Source: Psammoneis japonica
Lineage: Eukaryota
Assembly: GCA_008632985.1 (NCBI GenBank)
Contig: QPGO01000035.1
Location: 49,899 to 113,898, forward strand
Direction: 5' to 3'
Length of the DNA: 64,000 nucleotides
A program made the position numbers and the translations under genes. Positions 63,097 to 64,000 of the stretch are shown here, piece after piece; the first letter of the stretch is position 1, and the number at the start of each line of letters is the position of its first letter. The notes beneath the pieces were generated by a model. That model was not told where the DNA came from. It saw nothing but the letters and a program-made list of their open reading frames with translations, and made no database searches.

Positions 63097-64000
63097 TGTG
63101 GCAAACGATGTAGTTTGATGACTCTCACACTGCAAAAAGGAAAGCAGGTTCCTCGAATGAGAGCAACGACAAGGTCGGCGGCATTTCAGCGCCGCACAAA
63201 ATTCAAATGGGTGCTGAGCTCATCTTTTAGTACGGCCGGTAACAACAAGAGACGGCTGGTGGACAGACCTTGATCGATACATGTTGTTAGTTTGGCTGTG
63301 TATTGTCAACATTGTGTGTTTTGGCCACGTTCCAGAAAACTCCCAAAACAAAAACGGCATTTATGACGTCATATTGACGTACGTCAGTCTCGATTGCGTC
63401 GTTCCTCCAATGAGATTGATTTGAATTTACTCTATCGTTCAAAGAGACCTTTGTCGCCTGCCTTCGCGCCAAAATTCACGTGGAACGTGGTAGACTTCTC
63501 GTAGTATTCCGTTGCAGTAGCTTTGTACCAGTCTTCTAACATTCATAAATATCAGGTATTGAAGAGTATCATTCGTGATGCGCCTCATACCAGTTCGATG
63601 CGCGCGCGCACGATATGCCTACGTAGCGCATGTACCACAGTTTACGAGAGCTCGGCCCAAGAGGGCATTTTTCTCGAGTACCGCAACCTACGCAAGTTCT
63701 ACGATGGTCATCGGTACCAAACGCACTTTTTCACGTTGAACTCGGGAGCATTTTTCTCGCGGAGGCATTGTGCTCTTGTTGTTGACGATAGCGTGCTTTC
63801 TTTGTCATTGATCAAAAAACGTTCGATACCCTTATTGCCAGTGTTGATCAATAGGAGCAAAATTCGAGAGAGGCGAATCCTTGAAACCGTGTCATTGTTG
63901 AAGTCTGCGCCTTTTTGATTCGGTTCATTCCCATAAAGGCAATACGGAAAGAGGCGTACGTGCTCCGTCGTAACAAGAGTACTGCAGCTTTGCGACAAGT

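Noticed and set aside
63523..63998. ORFs at the window end
   Set aside because: No recognisable motif; possibly the end of a gene extending beyond the window.

Overview
Eukaryotic genomic DNA, most consistent with a diatom (spliceosomal GT-AG introns, CoDi-like Ty1/copia elements, PSxx-repeat secreted protein, HSF, plastid-targeted enzyme). The window alternates between gene-rich segments (2.4-17.3 kb, 38.2-44.7 kb, 54.8-64 kb) and transposon fields (0-1.9 kb, 17.8-38.2 kb, 44.75-54.7 kb). The strongest signal is a transposon-restricted, double-stranded hypermutation that converts TpA to TpG or CpA, the reverse direction of fungal RIP. It is directly visible in a comparison of the two LTRs of one copia element (9 of 9 differences are TA->TG/CA) and in systematic Tyr->Cys/His changes, including RT YVDD->HVDD in two independent elements. 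Host genes, including a perfect 1152-bp tandem repeat gene, are spared. Other content: a ~4,940-aa secreted mucin/adhesin-like gene, an inverted gene pair, a TIR element, an FN2-PhoX fusion, IGPS-like, PEX22-like, HSF and RPS12 genes. Single-base frameshifts in conserved genes (even RPS12) suggest indel errors in the assembly.
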